Shown piece by piece: positions 46,746 through 56,388 of a DNA stretch of 64,000 nt. This DNA is from an uncultured Chloroflexia bacterium (GTDB lineage: Bacteria; Chloroflexota; Limnocylindria; Limnocylindrales; CSP1-4): the NCBI GenBank assembly GCA_963749705.1, contig CAVVNQ010000015.1:32001-96000 (forward strand), given 5' to 3'. Numbering within the stretch: the first letter of the stretch is position 1; each line of letters starts with the position of its first letter. Under the pieces are notes generated by a model. The model did not search any database and was not told the DNA's origin. It worked only from the letters and a program-made list of their open reading frames with translations. Made by a program: the position numbers and the translations under genes.

Positions 46746-48137
46746 GTGCGTGACCCCGCCTCCGTCTCGTTCTGGCTCGAGACCTCGCGCGACGACCTGA
46801 CGCCGCGTCCGTCGCTGGACGGTTCCATCGATGCCGACGTCGCGATCCTCGGCGCGGGCCTGACGGGCCTGTGGACGGCCCGCTACCTCAAGCGCCGGGA
46901 CCCGTCGCTCGACATCGTCATCGTGGAGCGCGAGGTCGCCGGGTTCGGGGCGTCCGGGCGGAACGGCGCCTGGTGCGCGCCGGATCTCAACATCTCGATG
47001 ACCCGCCTCGCGCGGCTGCACGGGGAGGACGCCGCACGCCGGATGCAGCAGGCGACGTACGACGCGGTCGACGAGGTCGGCCGGGCGTGTGCAGCCGACG
47101 AGATCGACGCCGGGTATCACCGGGGGGGCCAGATCGAGGTCGCTCGCGGGCCACAGGGCGTGCCCGCACTCGAGCAGGCGCTGGACGAGTACCGGCGGTT
47201 CGGGTTCGGTGAGCGCTACCGGCTGCTCGACGCCGGCGAGCTGTCGCAGCGGATCCGGATCGCCGGCGCGGTCCGGGCGCTCGTCTCCGACGACACCGCG
47301 GTGGTCCATCCCGGCCGCCTCGTCCGCGGCCTTGCGCGGGCCGTCGAGCGCCTGGGCGTCCGGATCGTCGAGGAAACCCCCGTGACAGGATTTCGAGCCA
47401 GGGGTGCCTCGGGTCGTGCCGCGCTGGTGACGCCGCGCGGCGACGTCCGGGCGCCGGTGGTCGTGCTCGCCGGTGAGGCGTACCTGACAGAGCTGCCGCC
47501 GCTCCATCGACAGCTGGTCCCGCTGTGGTCGCTGATCGTCCTGACGGAGCCGCTGTCCGAGGGCCAGTGGGCGGAGATCGGCTGGGCGAACCGCGAGGTC
47601 GTGGCCTCCACGCGGCTGTCGATCGACTACCTGTCGCGGACCGAGGACGGCCGGATCCTGTTCGGCGGTCGAGGGGCTCCGTACCGGTACGGCTCACCCA
47701 TCCGACCCGAATACGACCGCCACCCGCCGACCCACGAACGGCTCAAGGCGTTCGTGCGCGAGTGGTTCCCGGGTCTCGACGGGATTCGGTTCACGCACGA
47801 GTGGGGCGGGCCGCTGGGAATGCCACGCGACTGGCATCCGACGATCGCGTTCGACCCCGGCTCCGGCATCGCGACGGCCCGCGGGTACACCGGGCACGGC
47901 GTGTCGGCGACCAATCTCGCGGGCCGGACGCTGACCGACCTGATCACCGGCACGCGGAGCCCGCTCACCGAGCTGGCGCTGGTCAACCACCGGTCGCCCG
48001 ACTGGGAGGTCGAGCCGTTCCGCTGGATCGGCGTCAGGTACACGCAGTGGGCCATGGGCCGGCTCGACGACCAGTCCGCGCGCACGGGACGGGCCCCGAC
48101 CGGTCGCAGCATCGCCGAGCGCATCGCCGCGCACTGA
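46746..48137 (+). CDS. FAD-dependent oxidoreductase (PuuB/OrdL-like)
   Basis: SFWLE, GAGLTGLW, GASGRNG, FGGRG, WGGPLG, GYTGHGV. Confidence 0.88.
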   Translation: MRDPASVSFWLETSRDDLTPRPSLDGSIDADVAILGAGLTGLWTARYLKRRDPSLDIVIVEREVAGFGASGRNGAWCAPDLNISMTRLARLHGEDAARRMQQATYDAVDEVGRACAADEIDAGYHRGGQIEVARGPQGVPALEQALDEYRRFGFGERYRLLDAGELSQRIRIAGAVRALVSDDTAVVHPGRLVRGLARAVERLGVRIVEETPVTGFRARGASGRAALVTPRGDVRAPVVVLAGEAYLTELPPLHRQLVPLWSLIVLTEPLSEGQWAEIGWANREVVASTRLSIDYLSRTEDGRILFGGRGAPYRYGSPIRPEYDRHPPTHERLKAFVREWFPGLDGIRFTHEWGGPLGMPRDWHPTIAFDPGSGIATARGYTGHGVSATNLAGRTLTDLITGTRSPLTELALVNHRSPDWEVEPFRWIGVRYTQWAMGRLDDQSARTGRAPTGRSIAERIAAH

Positions 48138-48185
48138 CGAGACGCGCCCGGCACGCGTTGAGCGCCCCCCGGCCCGGTCCCGGAC

Positions 48186-48371
48186 CCCGTATGCGTAGCA
48201 CGCTTACCCGCCTTCGGAATTGCCCGCGACGGTCCGGCTCCAGGCCTCCCGAGCACTGTCCATTCGTGGTACGCATGCGGGCGATGCCACACGAGGTCTG
48301 GCGCGACGTAGGGCAGCGCCGGCGGGCGCGCCCTCGCGATCCTGCGGCCCGCCAAGCGTGGTACGCATAGG
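48186..48371. repeat. Family-3 intergenic inverted repeats (three arms)
   Basis: CCCGTATGCGTAGCACGCTT (48186-48205) vs inverted CGTGGTACGCATGCGGG (48265-48281) and AAGCGTGGTACGCATAGG (48354-48371). Confidence 0.65.
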
Positions 48372-48495
48372 CCGGCGGGCTGCCCGGCGAGCCGCCCGAA
48401 GCCCGGCGAGCTACCTGGCGGGCACGCGGTCGCGGCCCGAAGCCCGGCACGTCGCCCGAGAGGTGCCCGCGACCCGCTGATCCCCCTCGCCAGGC

Positions 48496-48987
48496 CTAGT
48501 ACGTGAGCTCGGCGATCAGCCTGCGCTCCGCCCGACGCACCAGCGAGTCCGGCGCCTCGCGCGACTTCGCGCTTGCCCAGCCGAAGCTGAAGCGCACGAT
48601 CCCGCGGACCTCGGGCAGGCCGCGCGGCGCCGCCTCGCGCACGCGCTCGACGAAGTTGATCGCCGCGATCTCGTCGGTCTCGGTGAGGACGATGCCGAAG
48701 CGACACACGTCGATCCGCGCACAGTAGTCGCTCGCCCGCGCCTCGCGCCGCAGCATCTGCGCCGTGTGCCGCAGGACCCGGCGCCCGACGTCCTCGCCAT
48801 ACGCCTCGACGACGGCGTCGATGCCTTCGACCTGGGCGACGCACACCGTGAGGTCGCGGCCGTACTTGGTGGTCCGTGCCGTCTCACTGATCAGGACACG
48901 CTGCCAGAAGCGCGGGCCTTCGAGGCCGGTCAATGGGTCATCCCAGCCGGCGGGCATGGGGACGAGGACATCATCCACGGCTGGCAT
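48496..48987 (-). CDS. Stand-alone degenerate GGDEF-domain protein
   Basis: DPLTGL; RASD I-site; DVCRF in place of GGDEF; FSFGWA. Confidence 0.8.
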   Translation of the reverse strand: MPAVDDVLVPMPAGWDDPLTGLEGPRFWQRVLISETARTTKYGRDLTVCVAQVEGIDAVVEAYGEDVGRRVLRHTAQMLRREARASDYCARIDVCRFGIVLTETDEIAAINFVERVREAAPRGLPEVRGIVRFSFGWASAKSREAPDSLVRRAERRLIAELTY

Positions 48988-49310
48988 GTGCTCCCTGTGC
49001 GGCGCGTGTGAGGGGACGCGGCGCGGCGATCCGCGGTCACGTCCCCGAAGCTCCCCCCGGCTACATGGTCCGGGTGGTGGTGCGGCGATGCCACGGGTCG
49101 AATGGGTGCCGGCCGATCGCCGAAGGTCACCCTCCGGCAGGGAAGCGCCGTCAAGCCCGTCCGTCCGCGCGGTGCGGTCCCGCCTGCGACGCCATCGGCC
49201 CGATGTGGGTGGAGGCCGCCCGGCCCGGTTTCGGGCCGCGAGATGGACGGTGCCGGACGGGCGGATCGAACCCTGCCGGACGTGACCGTCGGCCCGGGGC
49301 ACGACGGTCG

Positions 49311-49330
49311 ATGCGTAATACATTACGCAT
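49311..49330. promoter_or_regulatory. Perfect palindromic MarR operator abutting the start codon
   Basis: ATGCGTAAT-AC-ATTACGCAT directly before ATG at 49331. Confidence 0.8.
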
Positions 49331-49939
49331 ATGCTCGATCCCACACCCGAGCGGCCCCCGGGACCCACCGCCGCCGACCCTCGCCCCGAGCTCTTCGGCT
49401 CGCTCCTGGTGCTCGTCCAGCACCTCACCCGCCGGCTCGACGAGGCGTTGATCCCGCTCGGGCTGACGTCCCGCCAGTGGTTGCTGCTCGCCGTCCTCGA
49501 GCGGTGGTTCGGCGATCGATCGGCCGCGTCCGTGGGGCAGGAGACCGGAGCCGCGTCCGTGGGGCAGGAGTCCCGGGCCCCGTCGTTGACCGAGGCCGCC
49601 GCCCGCTACGGGTCGTCGCGCCAGAATGTCAAGCAGGTCGCCCTCGGTCTCGAGCGTCGCGGCTTCCTGCGCCTGGTGACCGATCCGAACGACCGGCGCA
49701 CGACGCGCCTGGCCGTGACCGGGAAGGTCGGCCAGGTCTTCTCCGCCCCCGAGATCGTCGAGCAGGGCGACGTGCTGCTGCGCTCGTTGTTCGCCGACCT
49801 TGACGATGGCGAGCTCGAACAGCTGCACGCCCTGGTCGTCACGTGGCTTGCCCGCGTCGGCGATCACGCCCTCGAGGCATCCCCCGGCGAGCCCGGCTCG
49901 CCACCAACGCCCATTTCCTCGGAGGAGGCACGCCCATGA
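49331..49939 (+). CDS. MarR-family regulator
   Basis: GLTSRQWLLL, SSRQNVKQVA..LERRGF, DPNDRR. Confidence 0.88.
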   Translation: MLDPTPERPPGPTAADPRPELFGSLLVLVQHLTRRLDEALIPLGLTSRQWLLLAVLERWFGDRSAASVGQETGAASVGQESRAPSLTEAAARYGSSRQNVKQVALGLERRGFLRLVTDPNDRRTTRLAVTGKVGQVFSAPEIVEQGDVLLRSLFADLDDGELEQLHALVVTWLARVGDHALEASPGEPGSPPTPISSEEARP

Positions 49940-50760
49940 CCTCGTCACGCATCGCCAACGGCCTCGCCGTCGGCGCCACCGCGCTCGCCGCGGTTGCCGC
50001 CGCCGCCGGTCTCGCCACCGACGTCTATCGCGACGTCCCCGCCATGGTCGACCAGGCGCGGGCCGCCGACCTCGCGACCCTGTTCCTCGCGGTCCCGACG
50101 CTCGCAATCGCCCTGTGGATGGCGAGTCGCGGTTCGGATCGCGCCCGGCTCGTCGCCGCGGGCTCGCTCGGCTATCTCGTGTACACGTACGCCATCTTCT
50201 CGTTCCAGGTGGTCGTGAGCCCCGTGACCCCGCTGCATATCGCGGTCCTCGGGCTCGCGGCATGGGCGCTCCTGCTCGGGGCACCGGCGCTCGCGCGCGA
50301 GACCACCGGGATCGGCGCGGGCCTGCCCCGGCGCACCACCGCCGGGTTCCTGGCCCTGGTCGCCGTCCTGTTCGCCGCCCTGTGGCTGGGCCAGATCGCC
50401 TCCGCGATCACGACCGGCGCGCTGCCGGCCGCCGTCGCGGACCTCCACCTGCCGACCAGCGCCGTGTATACCCTGGACCTCGCGTTCGCCCTGCCGCTGC
50501 TCGGGCTCGGTGCCTGGCGGCTGGCGCGCAACCCCGAGGCGGGTTACCCGCTGGCGCTTGCCGGCCTCGTGTTCGCCGTCCAGATGGCGATCAGCGTGTT
50601 CGCCCTGTTCCTCATCCAGGCCGCCAGCGATTCGCTCGGTGACCCGTCGGTGGCCGTCGTGTTCGCGATCATCGCGCTCATCGCGGCCGTCCTTGCCACG
50701 CTCGGCCTGATCGACCGCCCGGGCCGCCGATCGATGAAGCTCGCGGGGGCCGCCCGATGA
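49936..50760 (+). CDS. Multi-pass membrane protein
   Basis: About 8 TM; GGAGG RBS; ATGA overlaps on both sides. Confidence 0.75.
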   Translation: MTSSRIANGLAVGATALAAVAAAAGLATDVYRDVPAMVDQARAADLATLFLAVPTLAIALWMASRGSDRARLVAAGSLGYLVYTYAIFSFQVVVSPVTPLHIAVLGLAAWALLLGAPALARETTGIGAGLPRRTTAGFLALVAVLFAALWLGQIASAITTGALPAAVADLHLPTSAVYTLDLAFALPLLGLGAWRLARNPEAGYPLALAGLVFAVQMAISVFALFLIQAASDSLGDPSVAVVFAIIALIAAVLATLGLIDRPGRRSMKLAGAAR

Positions 50761-52250
50761 ATGGGACGAATCGGATCGTCGGAGCGCGGGGCTGGCTGGT
50801 CGCGGCGGTGCTGGCAGCGCTGACCGGCGCAGCGTGGGCATGGCTCATGCCGCGCGGCCCGATCACCGCGCCGCAGGCCGTCGGTTCGCTGGCCGGCACG
50901 TTCGTGCTGGGCGTCGCGGCCGGGCTCGTCACCGGCCGGCGGCGGAGCGGCCTGCTCGCCGCCCTCGCGTTCGCCGCGACGTTCGAGGTCGTGCGCCTCG
51001 TCGTGATCGGGATCACCGGCCCGACCGTCGGTGCCCTCAGCCTCGGCTCCACCTACGGGCTCATCGCGTTCGCGCTCGGCCGGGGTGTCGATGCCCTGCT
51101 GCTCCTCGCCCCCATCCTGGTGGGCGCCGTGTGGGGCGTCGAGGCCGGCGCCCGGATCGGGCTGCCGGGGGTCGCGCGGATGGGCCTGCCGGCCTTGGCC
51201 GTCACCGGGCTGGCGACGCTGGCCCTGGTCGCCCTGGGTGTCCAGCTCGCGCTCCCGGTGTCGACCGCGCCGGTGTTCACGGCGGACGGACGGCCGCTCG
51301 ACGGCAGCGTCGCCGAGATCGCGAACGTGAGGATCGGCGGCCATGACCAGGCGGTCATGATCCGCGGCCGGAGCACCGGCAACCCCGTGCTCCTGTACCT
51401 CGCCGGCGGGCCCGGCGGCACCGATCTCGGCGCGATGCGTGCGGATGTCGGGCTGGAGCAGGACTTCGTCGTGGCCACCTGGGAGCAGCGCGGCGTGGGC
51501 AAGTCGTATGCCGCGCTCGACCCGGTCTCGACGCTCACCGTCGACTCGATGGTCGCGGACACGCTCGAGCTCACCGACTACCTCCGTGACCGGTTCGGCC
51601 AGGACCGGATCTACCTCGCCGGGAACTCCTGGGGCTCGATCCTGGGCGTGCTCGCGGTCCAGCGCCAGCCCGACCGATACCACGCGTTCGTGGGCGCCGG
51701 CCAGATGGTCAGCCCGCGCGAGACGGACCGGATGTTCTGGGAGGACGCGCTCGCGTGGGCCGAGCGGACGGGGGACACCGCCCTCGGGGCCACGCTCCGT
51801 GGCAACGGTCCGCCGCCGTACGACGACCTGCTCGCCTACGAGCCGGCGATCTCGCACGAGCACGACTGGAACCCGTATCCGGAGCTGGATCTCGATCGCG
51901 AGATGCCGGCCAACCTGTTCGTGCCCGAGAACAGCGTGATGGACCGGATCAACGGCCTGCGCTCGTTCCTCGACACGTTCTCGGTGCTGTACCCGCAGCT
52001 CCAGGACATCGACTTCCGCACCGATGCGACCACGATCGAGGTGCCGGTGTACCTCGCCGTGGGCGCCCACGAGGCGCGGGGTCGAGCGGTTCTCGCCGAC
52101 GAGTGGTTCGCGATGCTCCAGGCGCCGGCCAAGGAGCGCGTGGTGTTCGAGCATTCGGGCCATCGGCCGCAGTTCGAGGAGCCGGCCGCATTCGCCGCGC
52201 TGATGCGGCGGGTGGCTGCCGAGACCGGCGGCGCGGTCAGCCTGCGATGA
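50757..52250 (+). CDS. Membrane-anchored alpha/beta hydrolase (prolyl aminopeptidase-like)
   Basis: N-terminal TMs; AGGPGG, WEQRG.GKS, GNSWG nucleophile elbow, SGH. Confidence 0.88.
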   Translation: MNGTNRIVGARGWLVAAVLAALTGAAWAWLMPRGPITAPQAVGSLAGTFVLGVAAGLVTGRRRSGLLAALAFAATFEVVRLVVIGITGPTVGALSLGSTYGLIAFALGRGVDALLLLAPILVGAVWGVEAGARIGLPGVARMGLPALAVTGLATLALVALGVQLALPVSTAPVFTADGRPLDGSVAEIANVRIGGHDQAVMIRGRSTGNPVLLYLAGGPGGTDLGAMRADVGLEQDFVVATWEQRGVGKSYAALDPVSTLTVDSMVADTLELTDYLRDRFGQDRIYLAGNSWGSILGVLAVQRQPDRYHAFVGAGQMVSPRETDRMFWEDALAWAERTGDTALGATLRGNGPPPYDDLLAYEPAISHEHDWNPYPELDLDREMPANLFVPENSVMDRINGLRSFLDTFSVLYPQLQDIDFRTDATTIEVPVYLAVGAHEARGRAVLADEWFAMLQAPAKERVVFEHSGHRPQFEEPAAFAALMRRVAAETGGAVSLR

Positions 52251-52259
52251 CGTGGAGCA

Positions 52260-53453
52260 TCAGGCGCGGCGCCTCGCATCGGCCGCGTCGCCGTTCGCGG
52301 GGGCCGCGGCCGGCAGCGACGGCAGCATGATCCGGAACACGATCGGTGCCACCGTGGCCGTGGCCGCCGCGAGCAGGATGATCTCCGCCTCGAGCCGCGC
52401 GTCGAGCAGCCCCAGCTGGACGCCGAGCGAGGCCACCACGATGATCAGCGACAGCCGGGCGGACAGCAGCGCCCCCGCGGCGATGGCCTCGCGCAGCGTG
52501 TGGCGGCGCCCCACCAGCAGCAGCGCAGGCCCGATCTTGACCACGGCCGCGATCACGAACAACCCGAGCGTGAACAGGATCGCGGACGGGTCCGAGATCG
52601 CGTCCAGCCGGAACCGGATCCCGACGCTGATGAAGAAGATCGGGATCAGGAAGCCGTAGGCGAACCCGGTCAGCTTGCGATCCAGCCCGCCGCGGTTGCG
52701 GAACACCGCCGCAAAGCTCGTGCCCGCCAGGAACGCGCCCAGGATCGGCTCGATCCCCAGCACCAGCGCGAGGCCCACGAACACCAGCATCAGCGCGAGC
52801 GTGAACCGGATCCCGATCTCGTCGGGGTCGTCCGCGTCGAACAGGCGGCCGAAGCGCTCCGGATACCACCAGGCCGCGCGTCGGAGCGCGAGCAGCGCGG
52901 CCCCGGCGATGAGCAGGAACGCCGGCAGGGCCAGCAGCCGGACGCCGACCCCGTGCTGCGTGACCAGCGCGACGACCGTGACCGCCAGCAGGGTCAGGAA
53001 ATCTGCGAGCAGCGCGCTGACCAGGATGTCCTGGCCCAGCGGCGTCGAGATCCGCCGGGTTGCCCGGAGCGTTGGGACGACCAGGCCGACCGAGGTCGTG
53101 GACAGGACGAGGGTGATGAAGATGCTCAGACCCAGCAGCTGCGCGGCGACCCATGAGCACAGCACCGTGCCCCCGAACACCGCCAGCCCGACGGTGACCG
53201 GGCGAACGCCCTGGCGCTCGAACACCCGCAGGTCGATCTCGAACCCGGACAGGAACAGCAGCATCAGGAACCCCAGCTCGGCCAGGGCGGTCGTCAGCTC
53301 GTCCGGGTGCACGATGCCCAGCACGGGTCCGGCGATGATCCCGAACACGATCTCGAGCACGACCGCCGGCACGCGCAGCGCGCCAGCAGCAAGCGGCAGC
53401 GCGAAGGCCGCCGCGGCGATGATGATCAGCGTCGCGGCGCTCTCCGGGGTCAC
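52260..53453 (-). CDS. Cation:proton antiporter (CPA2)
   Basis: LLFLSGFEID, STTSVG, ILGAFLAG, GFLIPIFFISVG. Confidence 0.9.
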   Translation of the reverse strand: MTPESAATLIIIAAAAFALPLAAGALRVPAVVLEIVFGIIAGPVLGIVHPDELTTALAELGFLMLLFLSGFEIDLRVFERQGVRPVTVGLAVFGGTVLCSWVAAQLLGLSIFITLVLSTTSVGLVVPTLRATRRISTPLGQDILVSALLADFLTLLAVTVVALVTQHGVGVRLLALPAFLLIAGAALLALRRAAWWYPERFGRLFDADDPDEIGIRFTLALMLVFVGLALVLGIEPILGAFLAGTSFAAVFRNRGGLDRKLTGFAYGFLIPIFFISVGIRFRLDAISDPSAILFTLGLFVIAAVVKIGPALLLVGRRHTLREAIAAGALLSARLSLIIVVASLGVQLGLLDARLEAEIILLAAATATVAPIVFRIMLPSLPAAAPANGDAADARRRA

Positions 53454-54880
53454 CGGTGCTCGCGCTCCGGGATCACCACGACCGAGGTGTGGATGCGGGC
53501 GACGATGTGACCCGCGAGGCCGGGCATCAGGATGCTCAGCGCCCCGTCGCCCAGCCCGAGGACCACCAGCAGGTCGGGGTCGAGGGCCGCGAACACGCGG
53601 ACCGGGTTGCCGCTCTCGACCCGGCCGGTGACCGTGACGCCCTGGACCGAGGCCTCGGCGCGGATCCGCGCCACGGCCCGCCGGACGAGCGCCGCATCCG
53701 AGTTGCCGGCCACGAACGCGGGCGGCACCACGCCCAGCGCCTCGAGCGGCAGCTCCGCGCGGGCGGCGAGGTCGATCGCGGTCCACGCCGCGCGCCAGCC
53801 GCCGAGGCTGTCGCGCGCGGGCGTCACGATCCCGCGGTATGCGGGCCGGCCCGCCGCCAGCAGTGCCGGCATCCCCGCCTTGCGCAGCGCATCGAGCGTC
53901 CGCACGGTGCGGATCCGGCCATCGGGCTTGGGGAGCACGACGACGCCCACGCTCTCGCGGCCGGCAAGCTCGAGCAGGGCGGGCAGCCCCGACAGCCCGC
54001 GCGCCGCCGGCCGCGGCTCGATCTCCGCGCCCATGTCGGCAAGGCGGTCCAGCACCCCGGCCAGCTCGTGGGCGCGGTCGGGATCGAGCGTGGACGGATC
54101 GTCGTGGACGACGTACAGCGACGCAGCCGCGGTCGCCCGGGCGAATGCCAGGGCCTCGGCGATCAGCGATTCGGGGAGGGGACCGGCCCCGAGCGAGATG
54201 GCCGCGTTGCGCCCGTAGTTGAGCGGGAAGTGCGCCTGGCCCCCGGTGAACGTCTCGACCATCGCGCCGTGGTCCGCGGCCGCCCCGACGACGGTCACCA
54301 GATCGCCCTCCTGCAGCTCGGTGCCGCCGTGGGGGACGATCAACTGGTCGTCGCGCAGCACGGCAGCGACCAGCCACGGCATCCGGCCCAGCGCGTGCAG
54401 GGGCCGGTCGCGGAGCGGCGAGTCGGGGGAGATCCGGAACTCGACCGCCTCGGCGCGTCCGTTGGCGAACGCTGCCGACGACACGCGCCGCGGCTCAAGG
54501 TTGATCTCGACATGTCGTGCCGCGAGCCGCGTCGGCGATACGGCCACGACCCCCTCCCGCCGCAGATCGCCCAGCGAGTCCGGGTCCTCGACGATCGCGA
54601 CGATCCGGTCGACCTCGGCCTCGACCGCCAGCCGGCAGACCTCGCTGTTCACGGCGTCGTCACCGGTGGCGGCGATGACCGCATCGGCCTCGGCCAGGCC
54701 GGCCCGCTCGAGCACGACCCGGCTCGAGCCGTCGCCGAGCACCGGCGCAACCGCCCGGACCGCGGTGATCCGGTCGAGACGAGCGGCATCCGTATCGAGG
54801 ACCACGACGTCCCAGCGCTCGCCCAGTCGCGCGAGCACGGCACGCGCCGCGCTGCCCGCGCCAACCACGATCACCCGCAT
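53450..54880 (-). CDS. TrkA-N/TrkA-C (RCK) protein with C-terminal USP-like domains
   Basis: IVVGAG, GDGS, AATGDDAVN; RCK-C PHGGTELQEGDLVTV; USP-like G..AGHIV......SVVVIP. Confidence 0.8.
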   Translation of the reverse strand: MRVIVVGAGSAARAVLARLGERWDVVVLDTDAARLDRITAVRAVAPVLGDGSSRVVLERAGLAEADAVIAATGDDAVNSEVCRLAVEAEVDRIVAIVEDPDSLGDLRREGVVAVSPTRLAARHVEINLEPRRVSSAAFANGRAEAVEFRISPDSPLRDRPLHALGRMPWLVAAVLRDDQLIVPHGGTELQEGDLVTVVGAAADHGAMVETFTGGQAHFPLNYGRNAAISLGAGPLPESLIAEALAFARATAAASLYVVHDDPSTLDPDRAHELAGVLDRLADMGAEIEPRPAARGLSGLPALLELAGRESVGVVVLPKPDGRIRTVRTLDALRKAGMPALLAAGRPAYRGIVTPARDSLGGWRAAWTAIDLAARAELPLEALGVVPPAFVAGNSDAALVRRAVARIRAEASVQGVTVTGRVESGNPVRVFAALDPDLLVVLGLGDGALSILMPGLAGHIVARIHTSVVVIPEREHR

Positions 54881-55105
54881 CCGCTTCTCCGTGCTCCGCC
54901 CACCGGCCGACCATCCGGGGGCCCGGGCGCCACCCGGGGTCCTGGCCAGGTGAGCGATGCCGATCGCTCGCCCGTCGGGCGTCCGGGGAGTCTACGGGTG
55001 CCGCCGGGCAGGCGTCGAATTGGCGATGCCGAATTCGGCCGCGCGGATGGATCCGGTGAGCCGGCTCGTGCCCTGCCGGTCACCGGCACCTGCCGGGGCT
55101 CCCCT

Positions 55106-56344
55106 TCATGGTCCCGCCGGACGAGTGAGCCGGACAAGGTGGACATCGCCGGCGATCCCCTGGAGGCGGGCCGGACCGGTGGGGATCGAGCTCACCAGGT
55201 CGGCCGGCAGGGTTCGTGCGAGGTCCGCGGTCGCCAGCAGCTGGCCGGCCTCGGCGACGTCCGCGATCCGCGCGGCACGGTTCACGGTTGCGCCGAACAC
55301 ATCGCCGTCGCGGACGATGAGCGGCCCCGACTCGACCCCGGCGTGCCCGGAGGGCAGATCGGATCGATCGAGCTCGTCGAGCACCTCGAGCGTTGCGTCG
55401 ACGGCATCCCGCGCGCTGGCGAAGCGCAGCAGCACGCCGTCGCCGAGCTGCTTGACCAGCCGCCCTTGCCGGGCGTCCGCGATCCCGCCGGCGAGGTCGG
55501 CCAGCTGGCCCGCGATCCGAGCCGCCACCCGGTCGCCCCGGACCTCCGTGAGCCGGGTGAAGCCCGCGAGGTCCACGAACGCAATCGCGGGATCGTCGAC
55601 GTTCCGGGCCGGAACGTAGCCGCTCGCGGCCAGCAGGCGTTCGGTCTCGGCGACGCTCCAGGAATCGATCGCGGTGCTGAGGTGACGCGCCTGGAGCCAG
55701 CCGGACATTTGCGGTGCGAGCCTGGCGATCCGCGCCCATGGCCGGAGGAACTCCGCGTACACCGCGTCCGGCGGGATCCCTGCAATGTCCTCGGTCGCGA
55801 GCTCCACGGCCTCGGCATAGACGGACATGGCGGCCTCGCTCGTCCGGCGCGCAGAGGCCCCGAAGATCTGGATCGCGCGGAGGACGAGGTCCTGGTCGCG
55901 GTTGATCTCGATCAGCTCGAGGATCTCGAGCAGCATCCGCTCATCGGCCGCTTCGAGGCGGTCCCGAGGCTCTGGCTCGGCAAGGCCGAGAGCCGTGTGA
56001 AGCCGTCGCAACCGACCGGCCCGCACCGGACCAACCTCGGCCAGCAGCGCTTCGTAGGTGTGATCCGCGACCGGTCCAGGGTCCTGGTGCAGCTGGTCGT
56101 AGTACGCGAAGCTGATGGCGCCCTGCTCGTTTGCCCGCGCCAGCGCCTCGATCGCGACGCCCGCCTCGACGAACCCTTCCGCAAGCCGAACCCGGTGAGC
56201 ATCGCCGGCCGCGTAGCCCTCTGGACCGGGCCGGATGAGGCCGAGGCGCTCGAGCTCGGCCACGCGGGCAGAGGTCGACCGGGCCAGGGCCGCGAGCTCG
56301 TCGGCGCTCAGGCCGCGCCCGCCAGCGCGGTCATCCCCGGTCAG
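55106..56344 (-). CDS. Class III adenylate cyclase with N-terminal HTH-like/regulatory domain (start uncertain)
   Basis: FVDLAGFTRL, VKQLGDGV, GDVFGATVNRAARI; first canonical start is at 56263, but the HTH-like segment extends upstream to a CTG preceded by GGAGG. Confidence 0.85.
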   Translation of the reverse strand: MTGDDRAGGRGLSADELAALARSTSARVAELERLGLIRPGPEGYAAGDAHRVRLAEGFVEAGVAIEALARANEQGAISFAYYDQLHQDPGPVADHTYEALLAEVGPVRAGRLRRLHTALGLAEPEPRDRLEAADERMLLEILELIEINRDQDLVLRAIQIFGASARRTSEAAMSVYAEAVELATEDIAGIPPDAVYAEFLRPWARIARLAPQMSGWLQARHLSTAIDSWSVAETERLLAASGYVPARNVDDPAIAFVDLAGFTRLTEVRGDRVAARIAGQLADLAGGIADARQGRLVKQLGDGVLLRFASARDAVDATLEVLDELDRSDLPSGHAGVESGPLIVRDGDVFGATVNRAARIADVAEAGQLLATADLARTLPADLVSSIPTGPARLQGIAGDVHLVRLTRPAGP

Positions 56345-56388
56345 GGTGAGGCCTCCGCCGGCCGGCTGTCGGATGCCGCCGCCCCCGG

